A DNA stretch of 64,000 nt, taken from contig JBKBYA010000009.1 of assembly GCA_046313635.1 (NCBI GenBank), forward strand, positions 69,911 to 133,910. Reading direction: 5' to 3'. Both the position numbers and the translations under genes were made by a program. The DNA is from Pyrinomonadaceae bacterium (GTDB taxonomy: Bacteria > Acidobacteriota > Blastocatellia > Pyrinomonadales > Pyrinomonadaceae). Of the stretch, positions 38,549 through 47,506 are shown piece by piece. The notes beneath the pieces are model-generated. The model did not search any database, was not told where the DNA came from, and saw nothing but the letters and a program-made list of their open reading frames with translations. The first letter of the stretch is position 1, and each line of letters starts with the position of its first letter.

Positions 38549-39967
38549 CTACCCGATGCCGGCGTCTTCGGCCGTCTGCAGCAGCTCGTAGCCTTCGCTG
38601 CGGGCGACAAACGTCGCCGCCGTGAGATCGCCGACCACGTTGAGCGTTGTCCTGCACATATCGAGGATGCGATCGACACCTAGAATGATCGCGATCAGCG
38701 CGGGGTCGATATTGATCATAGCCAAAATGCCGATGATGAACGGTATCGAACCCGACGGAACGCCCGCCGTACCGATGCCTCCGATGATCGCGTAGAGGAC
38801 GACCATCAGCTGTAAGCCGAGCGACAGCTCGACGCCGGCGAGCTGAGCGATAAAGAGCACGGTCACGCCCTCGTACAGCGCCGTGCCGTTCTGGTTTGCG
38901 GTGGCGCCCACGGTGAGCACAAAGCTGTTTATCTCTTTCGGGATGCCGAGATTTTCTTCGCCGACCCTGAGCGCGGTGGGCAGCGTCGCATTAGAGGACG
39001 ACGTGGAGAACGCCGTCACGATCACCGTCCGTACGCGGCGAAAGAACTCGATCGGATTGATCCTGGAGAGAAAATAGACCGACAGCGAATAGACCCCAAA
39101 GAAATGCAGCCCGAGCCCTATGAGCACCGTGGCCACAAACCACGCGAGCGACTGCAAAAGGTCAAGACCAAACTGCGCGACATTGTTGAAGATGAGGCAT
39201 GCCACCGCGTACGGCGCAAACTTCATAATGATGTCGATGATCTTTGACGTGATCGCGAACAGCGCCTCCATAAATCCGACAAAAGGGGCCGTGACGCGCG
39301 ATGAAACAAGTGTTACGGCGATCCCGACCATCAGCGCGAAGAACATCACGTGGATCATGTTAGGGCTGGTGCCGGAGACCGAGTTGAAAACGTTTTGCGG
39401 CACGATCGTCTTGACCGCCTGCATCAGAGGGGAGTCGCTCTTTGCAGCTTCGGCCGCCTTACGTTGTGCCTCGGTGGCGCTTGCCGCACCGCCGCTGAAC
39501 TTTTCCTTCAGCTGTACGGCGACGTCCGGACTGATCTTCCTGCCCGGTTCGAGAAAGTTTGCCAGCCCGAGACCGATCGCGACCGAGAGTCCGGAAATGA
39601 GCAGCGTGTACGCGAATGACTTAAAGCCGATCCGTCCGAGCTTGCGAATGTCGCCGATGCCGGCGACGCCCGAGACGAGCGACGAAAAAACGAGCGGCAC
39701 GACGATCATCAGCAACAGGCTCAGAAAGAGCGTGCCGACCGGCTGCGTGACATTCGAGACGATCCACGTCACTCGCGGATCGGCGCCGCCGAGCGTCCAG
39801 TTAACGCCCAGCCCGCCGAGCACGCCGACAAGCAGGCCGATGAGGATCTTTGTGTGCAGGGCCATGCCGCGCGGCTTGTCCGGCGTGTCGTCGTCGAGGT
39901 CGGTGGTCAGCTCTCGCTCGTAGCGGTCGCCGGACGGCGGAGTGTCGTGCTTGTTTGTTTCAGGCAT
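38549..39967 (-). CDS. Dicarboxylate/amino acid:cation symporter
   Basis: MIVVPLVF, AFSTSSSNATLP, GATANQNGTALY, GVDRILDMCRT. Confidence 0.95.
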   Translation of the reverse strand: MPETNKHDTPPSGDRYERELTTDLDDDTPDKPRGMALHTKILIGLLVGVLGGLGVNWTLGGADPRVTWIVSNVTQPVGTLFLSLLLMIVVPLVFSSLVSGVAGIGDIRKLGRIGFKSFAYTLLISGLSVAIGLGLANFLEPGRKISPDVAVQLKEKFSGGAASATEAQRKAAEAAKSDSPLMQAVKTIVPQNVFNSVSGTSPNMIHVMFFALMVGIAVTLVSSRVTAPFVGFMEALFAITSKIIDIIMKFAPYAVACLIFNNVAQFGLDLLQSLAWFVATVLIGLGLHFFGVYSLSVYFLSRINPIEFFRRVRTVIVTAFSTSSSNATLPTALRVGEENLGIPKEINSFVLTVGATANQNGTALYEGVTVLFIAQLAGVELSLGLQLMVVLYAIIGGIGTAGVPSGSIPFIIGILAMINIDPALIAIILGVDRILDMCRTTLNVVGDLTAATFVARSEGYELLQTAEDAGIG

Positions 39968-40077
39968 TTCGAGATCGTTCCTTTGTCGGAGAGAAATGTC
40001 GAGATCCGTGATTTTCGAGAGTTTAGCAGAAAGGCGTTTGATTTGATAAATTTGCACCGTTTCGCTCTGATCGGAGT

Positions 40078-41502
40078 ATGTTCCAGTCGATACATTTCAC
40101 ATCCAAGGGACGCGCGACGACCAACGCCTCAAACCCCGAGGTGCTCGATAAGCTGCGCGCGATCGTGGGCGGCGAGAATGTCGTCGTCGATCCCGAAAAG
40201 GTCGAGCCGTACGGCGCCGACGCGGTCAAGGAAAAGTTCCCGCCCGAGGCGGTCGTGTTTCCCGAGACGACGGCTGAGGTCGCCGCGATACTCAAGCTCG
40301 CCAACGAATATCTCTTTCCCGTCACGGCGCGCGGCGGCGGCGTCGGATATACCGGCGGAGCTGTGCCGGTCGACGGCGGCATCGTGATCGGCACCGACCG
40401 GATGAAAAAGATCATCGAGCTGAATGTCGATGACCTCTATATGGTCTGCCAGCCCGGCCTGACCACGTTCGAAGTGCAGCAGGCCGCGGCCGAGGTCGGC
40501 CTGCTCTTTGCGCCCGACCCGGCGAGCTACAAAGACAGCTACATCGGCGGCAACATCGCCGAGAATGCCGGCGGGATGCGCACGCCGAAGTACGGCGTCA
40601 CCAAGCATCACGTTCTCGGTCTCGAGGTCGTGACCGCGACCGGCGAGATCATCCGCACCGGCGGCAAGACGGTGAAGAATGTCGTCGGGTTTGACCTCAC
40701 GGGTCTCATGTGCGGCAGCGAGGGAATGCTCGGCATCATCACCGAGGCGACTCTGAAATTGCTCCCGATGCCCGAGGCGACATCGACCGTGCGGGCCAAT
40801 TTTCATTCGATGGAAGCGGCCTGCAAGGTGCTCACAAAGTTCACGCCCGAGGGCCTTTTGCCGATGGCGATGGAGGTGATCGACAAATATTGCGTGGAGG
40901 CCGTCGAGCAAAGCTTTGCATTCGGCCTGTCGCCCGACGCCGGAGCGATACTGCTCGTCGCCGTCGACGGCTCGCGCGACGAGGTCGAGAAAAACGCCAG
41001 GACAATCGAGCGCATCATCGCCGAGAATGGCGGATTTGACGTCGTGCGTGCGCGCAACAAAGACGAGGAAGACAAGCTCTGGGACGTCCGCCGAGCTATC
41101 TCTCCGTCGTTGATGAAGTACGGCACGCTCAAGATCAACGAGGACGTAGTCGTGCCGCGTTCGCGCGTGCCCGAGCTCGTCGCGCGGATCGAGGAGATCG
41201 GGAAAAAGCACGACACATTCGTCGCCAACTTTGGCCACGCGGGCGACGGCAATATTCACGTCAACTTCGTCGTCGACCGCGACGATGCAGACGCCGTCGC
41301 ACGCGCCCGGCAATGCGTCGCCGAGACGTTTCAACTCTCGGTCGAACTCGGCGGCACCATCTCGGGCGAGCACGGCATCGGCTACGTCAAGGCCCAATAT
41401 ATGGACTACGCCGTCGACCGCCCGACGCTCGAGATAATGAAGGCGATCAAGAAAGTCTTTGACCCGAACGGCATTTTGAATCCGGGGAAGATGTTTGTTT
41501 GA
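40078..41502 (+). CDS. FAD-linked 2-hydroxyacid oxidase/dehydrogenase (GlcD-like)
   Basis: RGGG, PDPAS, IGGNIAENAGG, GSEG.LG, GHAGDGNIH, GEHGIG, ILNPGK. Confidence 0.93.
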   Translation: MFQSIHFTSKGRATTNASNPEVLDKLRAIVGGENVVVDPEKVEPYGADAVKEKFPPEAVVFPETTAEVAAILKLANEYLFPVTARGGGVGYTGGAVPVDGGIVIGTDRMKKIIELNVDDLYMVCQPGLTTFEVQQAAAEVGLLFAPDPASYKDSYIGGNIAENAGGMRTPKYGVTKHHVLGLEVVTATGEIIRTGGKTVKNVVGFDLTGLMCGSEGMLGIITEATLKLLPMPEATSTVRANFHSMEAACKVLTKFTPEGLLPMAMEVIDKYCVEAVEQSFAFGLSPDAGAILLVAVDGSRDEVEKNARTIERIIAENGGFDVVRARNKDEEDKLWDVRRAISPSLMKYGTLKINEDVVVPRSRVPELVARIEEIGKKHDTFVANFGHAGDGNIHVNFVVDRDDADAVARARQCVAETFQLSVELGGTISGEHGIGYVKAQYMDYAVDRPTLEIMKAIKKVFDPNGILNPGKMFV

Positions 41503-41515
41503 TAAGATTCACCAT

Positions 41516-41707
41516 ATGCAGGGAATCCGTTATGTAACTAATGAGCGAGGCGAGCGCGTCGCCGTGCAGATCGACCTAAAGAAGCATCGGGAGCTCTGGG
41601 AAGATTTCTTCGATATCCTGACGGCCAAGCGGCGTCGGAACGAACCTCGCGAAACGCTCACCGCAGTAAAGGCCCGGCTCCGAAAGAACGGCAAGCTGAA
41701 TGGCTGA
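41516..41707 (+). CDS. Putative antitoxin
   Basis: 63 aa (YVTNERGERVAVQID..WEDFFD), overlaps downstream RelE-like gene. Confidence 0.7.
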   Translation: MQGIRYVTNERGERVAVQIDLKKHRELWEDFFDILTAKRRRNEPRETLTAVKARLRKNGKLNG

Positions 41708-41960
41708 TTACTCGATCAGCTTCGCTCGCTCCGCGCGCAAAGAGCTCGAGGTCCTCCCCAGCCCGCTTATTCAACGCATCTTCAAAAAGATCGAAGGACT
41801 CGCAAGGAATCCGAGGCCCGCCCGCTCAAAAAAGCTGCAGGGTTCGCGCGACCTTTATCGAATACGTGTGGGTGACTATCGGGTCGTCTATTCGATCTTC
41901 GACCGCGAGGTCCGCATCGAGATCGTTACCATTCGCCATCGCAGCAAAGCTTATGACTAA
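41700..41960 (+). CDS. RelE/ParE family toxin
   Basis: SARKEL, NPRP..KKLQG, YRIRVGDYRVVY, HRSKAY. Confidence 0.93.
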   Translation: MADYSISFARSARKELEVLPSPLIQRIFKKIEGLARNPRPARSKKLQGSRDLYRIRVGDYRVVYSIFDREVRIEIVTIRHRSKAYD

Positions 41961-42465
41961 AACGTCTTTCAAACTCGCAGGGCTGGTTCTCGCCATGATC
42001 TTTCTGACCGGAATTGCCGCGGCGCAGAACAAGACGATCCTCCTCGTCCGTCACGCCGAAAAGGACACGTCCGAGTCGGTCGATCAAAACGATCCGCCGC
42101 TGACCGACGCGGGGCGTGCGCGAGCGGAGCGGCTGCTGGCGATTTTAAAGCGTTACAAGGTCGGCACGGTTTATTCGACCGACTTCCGGCGCACGCGCGA
42201 GACGGCCGGGCCGGTCGCTCGTCGGCGCGGCCTGAACGTCGAGACGTACGACGCCAAAAAGCCTGATGAGCTGATCGATCGGATAATGAAGAGCAAGACA
42301 AAACGCTTCCTCATCGTCGGCCACAGCAACACCGTTCCGGGCCTCGCCAACCTGCTGCTGAAAAAGAAGGTCTTCGCAAATCTCGACGACGCCGAGCACG
42401 GCGTGATCTGGCTGGTGAGGATAAAGAACGGCGCGGTCGTGAAGACGCAGGTCCTGACGTACTGA
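41953..42465 (+). CDS. Secreted histidine phosphatase (phosphoglycerate mutase/SixA-like)
   Basis: Signal peptide, LVRHAEK, RTRET, VGHSNT. Confidence 0.88.
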   Translation: MTKTSFKLAGLVLAMIFLTGIAAAQNKTILLVRHAEKDTSESVDQNDPPLTDAGRARAERLLAILKRYKVGTVYSTDFRRTRETAGPVARRRGLNVETYDAKKPDELIDRIMKSKTKRFLIVGHSNTVPGLANLLLKKKVFANLDDAEHGVIWLVRIKNGAVVKTQVLTY

Positions 42466-42507
42466 AGCCGACAGTTCTGCGCCTGCTCCGCATCGTAAGA
42501 TCGAGAA

Positions 42508-42978
42508 ATGCGAAAGCGATTCGTCGTACACGAGCACCACGCGACGCGGCTGCACTGGGACCTGCGGCTCGAGATGGCCGGCGTGCTCAAGTCGTGGGCC
42601 GTGCCGAAAGGGCCTTCGATGAACCCGGCCGACAAGCGGCTCGCGGTGCACGTGCCCGATCATTCGATCGAGTACGGCAAGTTTGAAGGCACGCTCGCCG
42701 AGGGCACGTACGGCGCCGGAGAGGTGCGCATCTGGGACGACGGCAAGTACGAGACCGACGAGGACCCGGTCAGACAGTTTGAGCGCGGAAAGATCGTATT
42801 CAGATGTTTTGGTCTGAAGCTGCGAGGCGAGTTCACGCTTGTGAAAATGCACGGCCGGGGCGAAGAGAATTGGCTGCTGATCAAGGCCCGCGACCACTTT
42901 GCCGACGATAAATGGAAGATCGAGACCGTGCTGCCCGTGAAAAAGACCGCGAAGAAAAAGTCGAAAAAAGCTAAATAG
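42508..42978 (+). CDS. Stand-alone LigD 3'-phosphoesterase domain protein
   Basis: FVVHEHHATRLHWDLRLE, SWAVPKGP, KRLAVHVPDH, YGAG, WLLIK. Confidence 0.93.
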   Translation: MRKRFVVHEHHATRLHWDLRLEMAGVLKSWAVPKGPSMNPADKRLAVHVPDHSIEYGKFEGTLAEGTYGAGEVRIWDDGKYETDEDPVRQFERGKIVFRCFGLKLRGEFTLVKMHGRGEENWLLIKARDHFADDKWKIETVLPVKKTAKKKSKKAK

Positions 42979-43444
42979 CCGCCCTTTCGCTCGCGAGCAG
43001 TCGCCGCAGCCCTTCCTCGCCTCGGCCCATGATGACGTCGTGGTTCCATTTGAAAAATGGCCGCGCGATGGGAGCCGTCAGATTCATCCACCGCTTGGTC
43101 GTTGTTACCTGCCAGTCGTAGCGGACGCGGGTCAGATTCTCACCGAGAGATTCAAACTGCCAAAGCCCGCGGCCGTCGAGCTCGCCGAAGGCCCGCGCCT
43201 CGATCAGCCTCATCGGTTCTATGCGGACGATCTCCGAGTCGAACTCGAGCGTGTACGGCAGGGCGCTGCGCCACGTCGAGCGTCGTATGCTGCCGAGGCC
43301 GTCGGCGTCGCCCGGCGTGAGCTCGACGACGCGGACGACGCCGCGCCACCAACGGCTCCAGTCCTCGCTGCGTTTGATGTAATGCCAGACGCGCTCGATC
43401 GGCGCGTCAAACGTCCAGACGGTGACGAAACGGTAATAGGCCAT
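42971..43444 (-). CDS. SRPBCC/polyketide cyclase family protein
   Basis: APIERVW, WSRWW, GELDGRGLW, WNHDVIM. Confidence 0.85.
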   Translation of the reverse strand: MAYYRFVTVWTFDAPIERVWHYIKRSEDWSRWWRGVVRVVELTPGDADGLGSIRRSTWRSALPYTLEFDSEIVRIEPMRLIEARAFGELDGRGLWQFESLGENLTRVRYDWQVTTTKRWMNLTAPIARPFFKWNHDVIMGRGEEGLRRLLASERAAI

Positions 43445-43477
43445 AAAAGAAAAAGGGAAGCGGCAGATGCGCTTCCC
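43445..43477 (-). terminator. Rho-independent terminator after VWA genes
   Basis: Minus strand gggaagcg..cgcttccc followed by tttttctttt. Confidence 0.7.
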
Positions 43478-43505
43478 ATTATTCTCATTTCGCCCTGCGC
43501 GGCAA

Positions 43506-44630
43506 CTACTTTTTCGGCTTGCCCGGTGCGCCGCTCGCGGTCTTGGCAAAGTAGCCCGGCCGGTACGTGAGACGCACCTTTTCTTTTTCGAGGGCAGGAT
43601 TGACGAGCTTGATCTCGATCGTGCGGTAAGAGCCGTCCTTGACGGGATTGGTCGGCTCGTAGGCGACCAGATACTGCGAACGCATCTCGTCCTGGATCTG
43701 CTTAAAGGCCTGCCGCAGCTCGCCCTCGTCGCGCGGGAAGAATGCGCGTCCGCCCGTTCGCTCCGAGATCTTTTTGAGCACGCCCTCGTCGACGCCGCCA
43801 AAATATCTATCGCCGATGCCGATCGAGTAGATCACGGCCTCGGCCTTTTGCGCGGCCTGCACGGCCTCGTCGAGTTTTTTCATCCCCGACGTGTTGTAGC
43901 CGTCGGTGAGCAGGATGATGGCGCGACGCGTCTTTTCGGGTGCGTGCCCGAGCACGTCGGTCGAGGTCACGAATATCGCATCCCAGATCGCCGTCGAACC
44001 GGCCGTCATCTGATTGTCGCCTGAGATCGGCGGAGTGCCGGGAACCGTGCCGCCGTTGGTCACGACGCCCCCGCCGATATAACCCGACGGTGGAACGAAC
44101 TGCACGCGGTCGATCGCTCGCCGAAGCCGTGTGAGATTGCTCGTCATTCCCTGCTCGAGCGTCGACTCGCCGGTGAACGAGACCACCGAGACCTCGTCCT
44201 TATCGGGACGAATGACCGACTCGAGAAACGAGATCGCTGCGGACTTCTCCTCGGGCAGCGTGCGCTCCTGCGACGCGCTTGTGTCGATCAGGATCGCGAG
44301 GCTCATCGGCAGATCGATCTGCCGCGAAAAAGCGACGATCTCCTGCCGCTGGCCGTTCTCAAAGATCTGGATGTCCTCGGGCTTGAGACCGGTCAGCAGA
44401 CGGCGATTCTTGTCCTGGGCGGTAAAGAGCACGTTCACCGCCTCGGTCTCGATGCGGACGACGTCGTCGTCGGGGTCGGGCGTCGGCGATGCCGGCGGGG
44501 TCGCTGTCGGCGTGACCGCGGGCTTTGCTTCGGACTGCTGGGCCGACGCGAGACGCGAGCCGACGGCCAGCGGCCCGGCCGCGGCCGCGGTCAACAACGT
44601 ACCGATCAATAGAAAATTCTTGAACTTCAC
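43506..44630 (-). CDS. VWA domain protein, acidobacterial type
   Basis: Signal peptide, DTSAS MIDAS, TAIWDA, LLTDG, ERTGG, RSQY. Confidence 0.9.
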   Translation of the reverse strand: MKFKNFLLIGTLLTAAAAGPLAVGSRLASAQQSEAKPAVTPTATPPASPTPDPDDDVVRIETEAVNVLFTAQDKNRRLLTGLKPEDIQIFENGQRQEIVAFSRQIDLPMSLAILIDTSASQERTLPEEKSAAISFLESVIRPDKDEVSVVSFTGESTLEQGMTSNLTRLRRAIDRVQFVPPSGYIGGGVVTNGGTVPGTPPISGDNQMTAGSTAIWDAIFVTSTDVLGHAPEKTRRAIILLTDGYNTSGMKKLDEAVQAAQKAEAVIYSIGIGDRYFGGVDEGVLKKISERTGGRAFFPRDEGELRQAFKQIQDEMRSQYLVAYEPTNPVKDGSYRTIEIKLVNPALEKEKVRLTYRPGYFAKTASGAPGKPKK

Positions 44631-44649
44631 TTCTCTACTCCTCAGACGG

Positions 44650-45645
44650 CTACCGGAGCGTGTCCCTGATCTGGCGATAGCTCGTTTTGGTCCTGATCTT
44701 GTATTTGTCGGCCTTGCTCTTGTCTTTGAGCCTGACCTCGATCTTGCGCTCGCGGCCGTCGTAGGTCTGGTTGGCGGGACGATACGTGATGATGTACTGC
44801 GAGCGAAGCTCCTCGGAGATCTTTTTGAATGCCCGCTCGAGCTCGATCATATCGCCGGTAAAGAACGCCTGCCCCCCGGTCTCCTCGCAGAGCTCGGTCA
44901 GCAGCTTGTCGCCTTTGTCCTTGACCGTCCCGGCATCGACGCCCGGCACCGTGCCGAGAAATCCCGCCTTGGTCGAGATGCCGAAGATGGTCGTTTCGGT
45001 CCGCTGCGCGATGTCGATCGCGTCCCTGAGCTCAGCGCGGCTGAACGTGTCGTCGCCGTCGGTGATGACCACGATCACGCGGCGGCCCGGCACGCCGCGC
45101 AGCTTCTCGTCGGCAAACTGCCACACCGCGTCGTAGAGCGCGGTCTGCGAGCCGGTCTTTTTCACGTTGTCGACGGCCTTCTGCAGCAGGTCGAGCTTGT
45201 CGGTAAAGTCCTGCCGCAGCGTCACCTCGTGATCAAAGGTCATAAATGCCGCCTTGTCCTTGCGGAGCTGCACGACCGTGTAGAGAAAGTTGGCCGCCGC
45301 CTCTTTAGAGAACTTCATCTTGCCGGCGGTCGACGGCGAGGTGTCCATCAGCACACCGACGAAGACGGGCGGATTGGTCTTTTCGTCGGTAAAGAACGTG
45401 ACGTCCTGCGGGACGCCGTCCTCGAGCACGATGAAGTCGTCCTTGGTCAGTCCCGAAACGAGCTCTTTCTTGAACGTTACGGTAACCGGCAGACGGACCT
45501 CAAAGGTCTTGACCTGCCCGCCGGATTCGTCCGCAGGCGGTGTGGGCGTCGCCGTCGGACGCTGCTGAGCGCTCGCCGACGCGGCGGCAAAAACCAAAAA
45601 AAGCGATAGACCTGTCAGTAAACAGCGAATGATGACCATTGACAT
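44650..45645 (-). CDS. VWA domain protein, acidobacterial type
   Basis: DTSPS, TALYDA, ITDGDD, ETGG, LRSQY. Confidence 0.9.
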   Translation of the reverse strand: MSMVIIRCLLTGLSLFLVFAAASASAQQRPTATPTPPADESGGQVKTFEVRLPVTVTFKKELVSGLTKDDFIVLEDGVPQDVTFFTDEKTNPPVFVGVLMDTSPSTAGKMKFSKEAAANFLYTVVQLRKDKAAFMTFDHEVTLRQDFTDKLDLLQKAVDNVKKTGSQTALYDAVWQFADEKLRGVPGRRVIVVITDGDDTFSRAELRDAIDIAQRTETTIFGISTKAGFLGTVPGVDAGTVKDKGDKLLTELCEETGGQAFFTGDMIELERAFKKISEELRSQYIITYRPANQTYDGRERKIEVRLKDKSKADKYKIRTKTSYRQIRDTLR

Positions 45646-45817
45646 ATTCGAGAAGACAAAGTGACCGGGGCCGCAGTTTTAGACGCGCCGGCCCAACGCG
45701 CTGTTGTCCGGGGCGAATGCGAAGTATAACAAACTCGCGATTTGCGGGCATCGCGTGCCGGGGCGGCCGCGGTTTGCCCAACGCCGCGGATTTGTTCAGA
45801 ATCGAGCCTTCGGCACT

Positions 45818-47176
45818 ATGGACCAGAATATCTTTCGCGAATACGACATCCGCGGCATCGTCGGGCCGCAATTGAGCGACGAGACGGTCGCACTGCTCGC
45901 TCGCGCGATCGGGACGTTCTTTGCTCGCAGCGGCGCGAGGCGCGTGGCCGTGGGCTACGACGCTCGCGAGAGCTCGCCGAGATTTTTTGAGATGCTCGCG
46001 CGCGGCTTTAACGCGTGCGGTGTCGACGTGCTGTCGATCGGCCGCGTGCCGACGCCGGTCTTGTATCACACTGTATTTACCAAAGCGGTCGACGGCGGTG
46101 TGATGATCACCGGCTCGCACAATCCGGCAGATCACAACGGCTTCAAGATCTGTCTCGGCAAATCGACGCTCTTCGGTCAGCAGATCCAGGAGATCAAGCA
46201 CATCGCTCTCTCGGGCAAGTTTGCCTCCGGTACCGGAAACGTCGAAACGATCGACGTGCTCGACGACTACGTCTCCGACATCTCGTCGCGCATCCGGATG
46301 GGGCCGCGCCGGCTGCGCGCGGTCGTCGACGCCGGCAACGGAATGGGCGGCGTCACGGCCGTGCCGGTCTACCGTGCGCTGGGCGTCGATCTGGTCGAGC
46401 TCTACACCGAGCCTGATTCGGATTTTCCCAATCATCATCCCGACCCGACCGTGACCGAGAATCTTATCGACTGCGTCGAGGCCGTGACCGCTTACGAGGC
46501 CGATCTCGGTATCGCCTTTGACGGCGACGGCGATCGCATCGGCGTCGTCGACGAGAGAGGGCGCATCATCTGGGGCGACGAACTGATGGTCTTGCTGTCG
46601 CGTTCGATCCTCGCGGCGCGGCCCGGGGCGACGATCATCGGCGAGGTCAAATGTTCGCAGCGCCTGTTTGACGACATCGAGCGCCGCGGCGGCACACCCG
46701 TAATGTGGAAGGCCGGCCATTCGCTCATCAAGGCGAAGATGAAAGAGACCGACGCCGCGCTCGCCGGCGAGATGAGCGGGCACATCTTTTTCGCCGATCG
46801 GTTTTACGGCTTTGACGACGCGACGTATGCGGGAGCGCGGCTGCTAGAGATCCTTTCAAATACCGATCAAGATCTCTCTGAGCTGCTCGCCGACCTGCCG
46901 CCTTCACACTCGACGCCGGAGCTGCGCGTGCCGTGCCCGGACGAGGTCAAGTTCGACGTCGTGCGGCGCGTCGCAGAACATTTCCAAGCGACGAACGAAG
47001 TGATCACGATCGACGGCGCAAGGATCTTGTTCGAGCACGGCTGGGGCCTTGTGCGCGCCTCCAATACGCAGGCGATCCTCGTGCTGCGATTCGAGGCCGA
47101 CTCGCCCGAGCATCTCGACGAGATCCGCGACATCGTCGAGGCAAAGGTCGACGAATTTGTCGCTGCGGCTGTGTGA
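45818..47176 (+). CDS. Phosphomannomutase/phosphoglucomutase (AlgC-like)
   Basis: FREYDIRG, TGSHNP, FDGDGDR, GEMSGH, VRASNT. Confidence 0.96.
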   Translation: MDQNIFREYDIRGIVGPQLSDETVALLARAIGTFFARSGARRVAVGYDARESSPRFFEMLARGFNACGVDVLSIGRVPTPVLYHTVFTKAVDGGVMITGSHNPADHNGFKICLGKSTLFGQQIQEIKHIALSGKFASGTGNVETIDVLDDYVSDISSRIRMGPRRLRAVVDAGNGMGGVTAVPVYRALGVDLVELYTEPDSDFPNHHPDPTVTENLIDCVEAVTAYEADLGIAFDGDGDRIGVVDERGRIIWGDELMVLLSRSILAARPGATIIGEVKCSQRLFDDIERRGGTPVMWKAGHSLIKAKMKETDAALAGEMSGHIFFADRFYGFDDATYAGARLLEILSNTDQDLSELLADLPPSHSTPELRVPCPDEVKFDVVRRVAEHFQATNEVITIDGARILFEHGWGLVRASNTQAILVLRFEADSPEHLDEIRDIVEAKVDEFVAAAV

Positions 47177-47250
47177 CAGTTCTTCATTCGATAAACCGCG
47201 TTAACTGTTTACGCTGGCTCTGCCGAAAATTCGGCACGCGGGGCGTCGAT

Positions 47251-47349
47251 ATGAAAAAGCTGTTGTCATCGATAACTTTCTGGCTCGTCGTCTTCCTGGC
47301 GATCGTGATCCTCGAGGCGATCGAGTCCTTTGCGCGGTCACCGGCCTGA
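47251..47349 (+). CDS. Putative 32-aa single-TM small protein
   Basis: MKKLLSSITFWLVVFLAIVILEAIESFARSPA in an intergenic gap. Confidence 0.45.
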   Translation: MKKLLSSITFWLVVFLAIVILEAIESFARSPA

Positions 47350-47506
47350 TCGACAAACATGCGCCGGAGGGATCGAATGGCATCCGAAGCTCAAAAGCGG
47401 GAGTTGTCACAGCACGCGGCCTCACGGTGTATTCAGTGCAGAAGAGCGACGGAGCGGCCTCGTCGCTTCTTCGTCATTGATGCCTGAGCGATAACGCAAA
47501 ACAACT

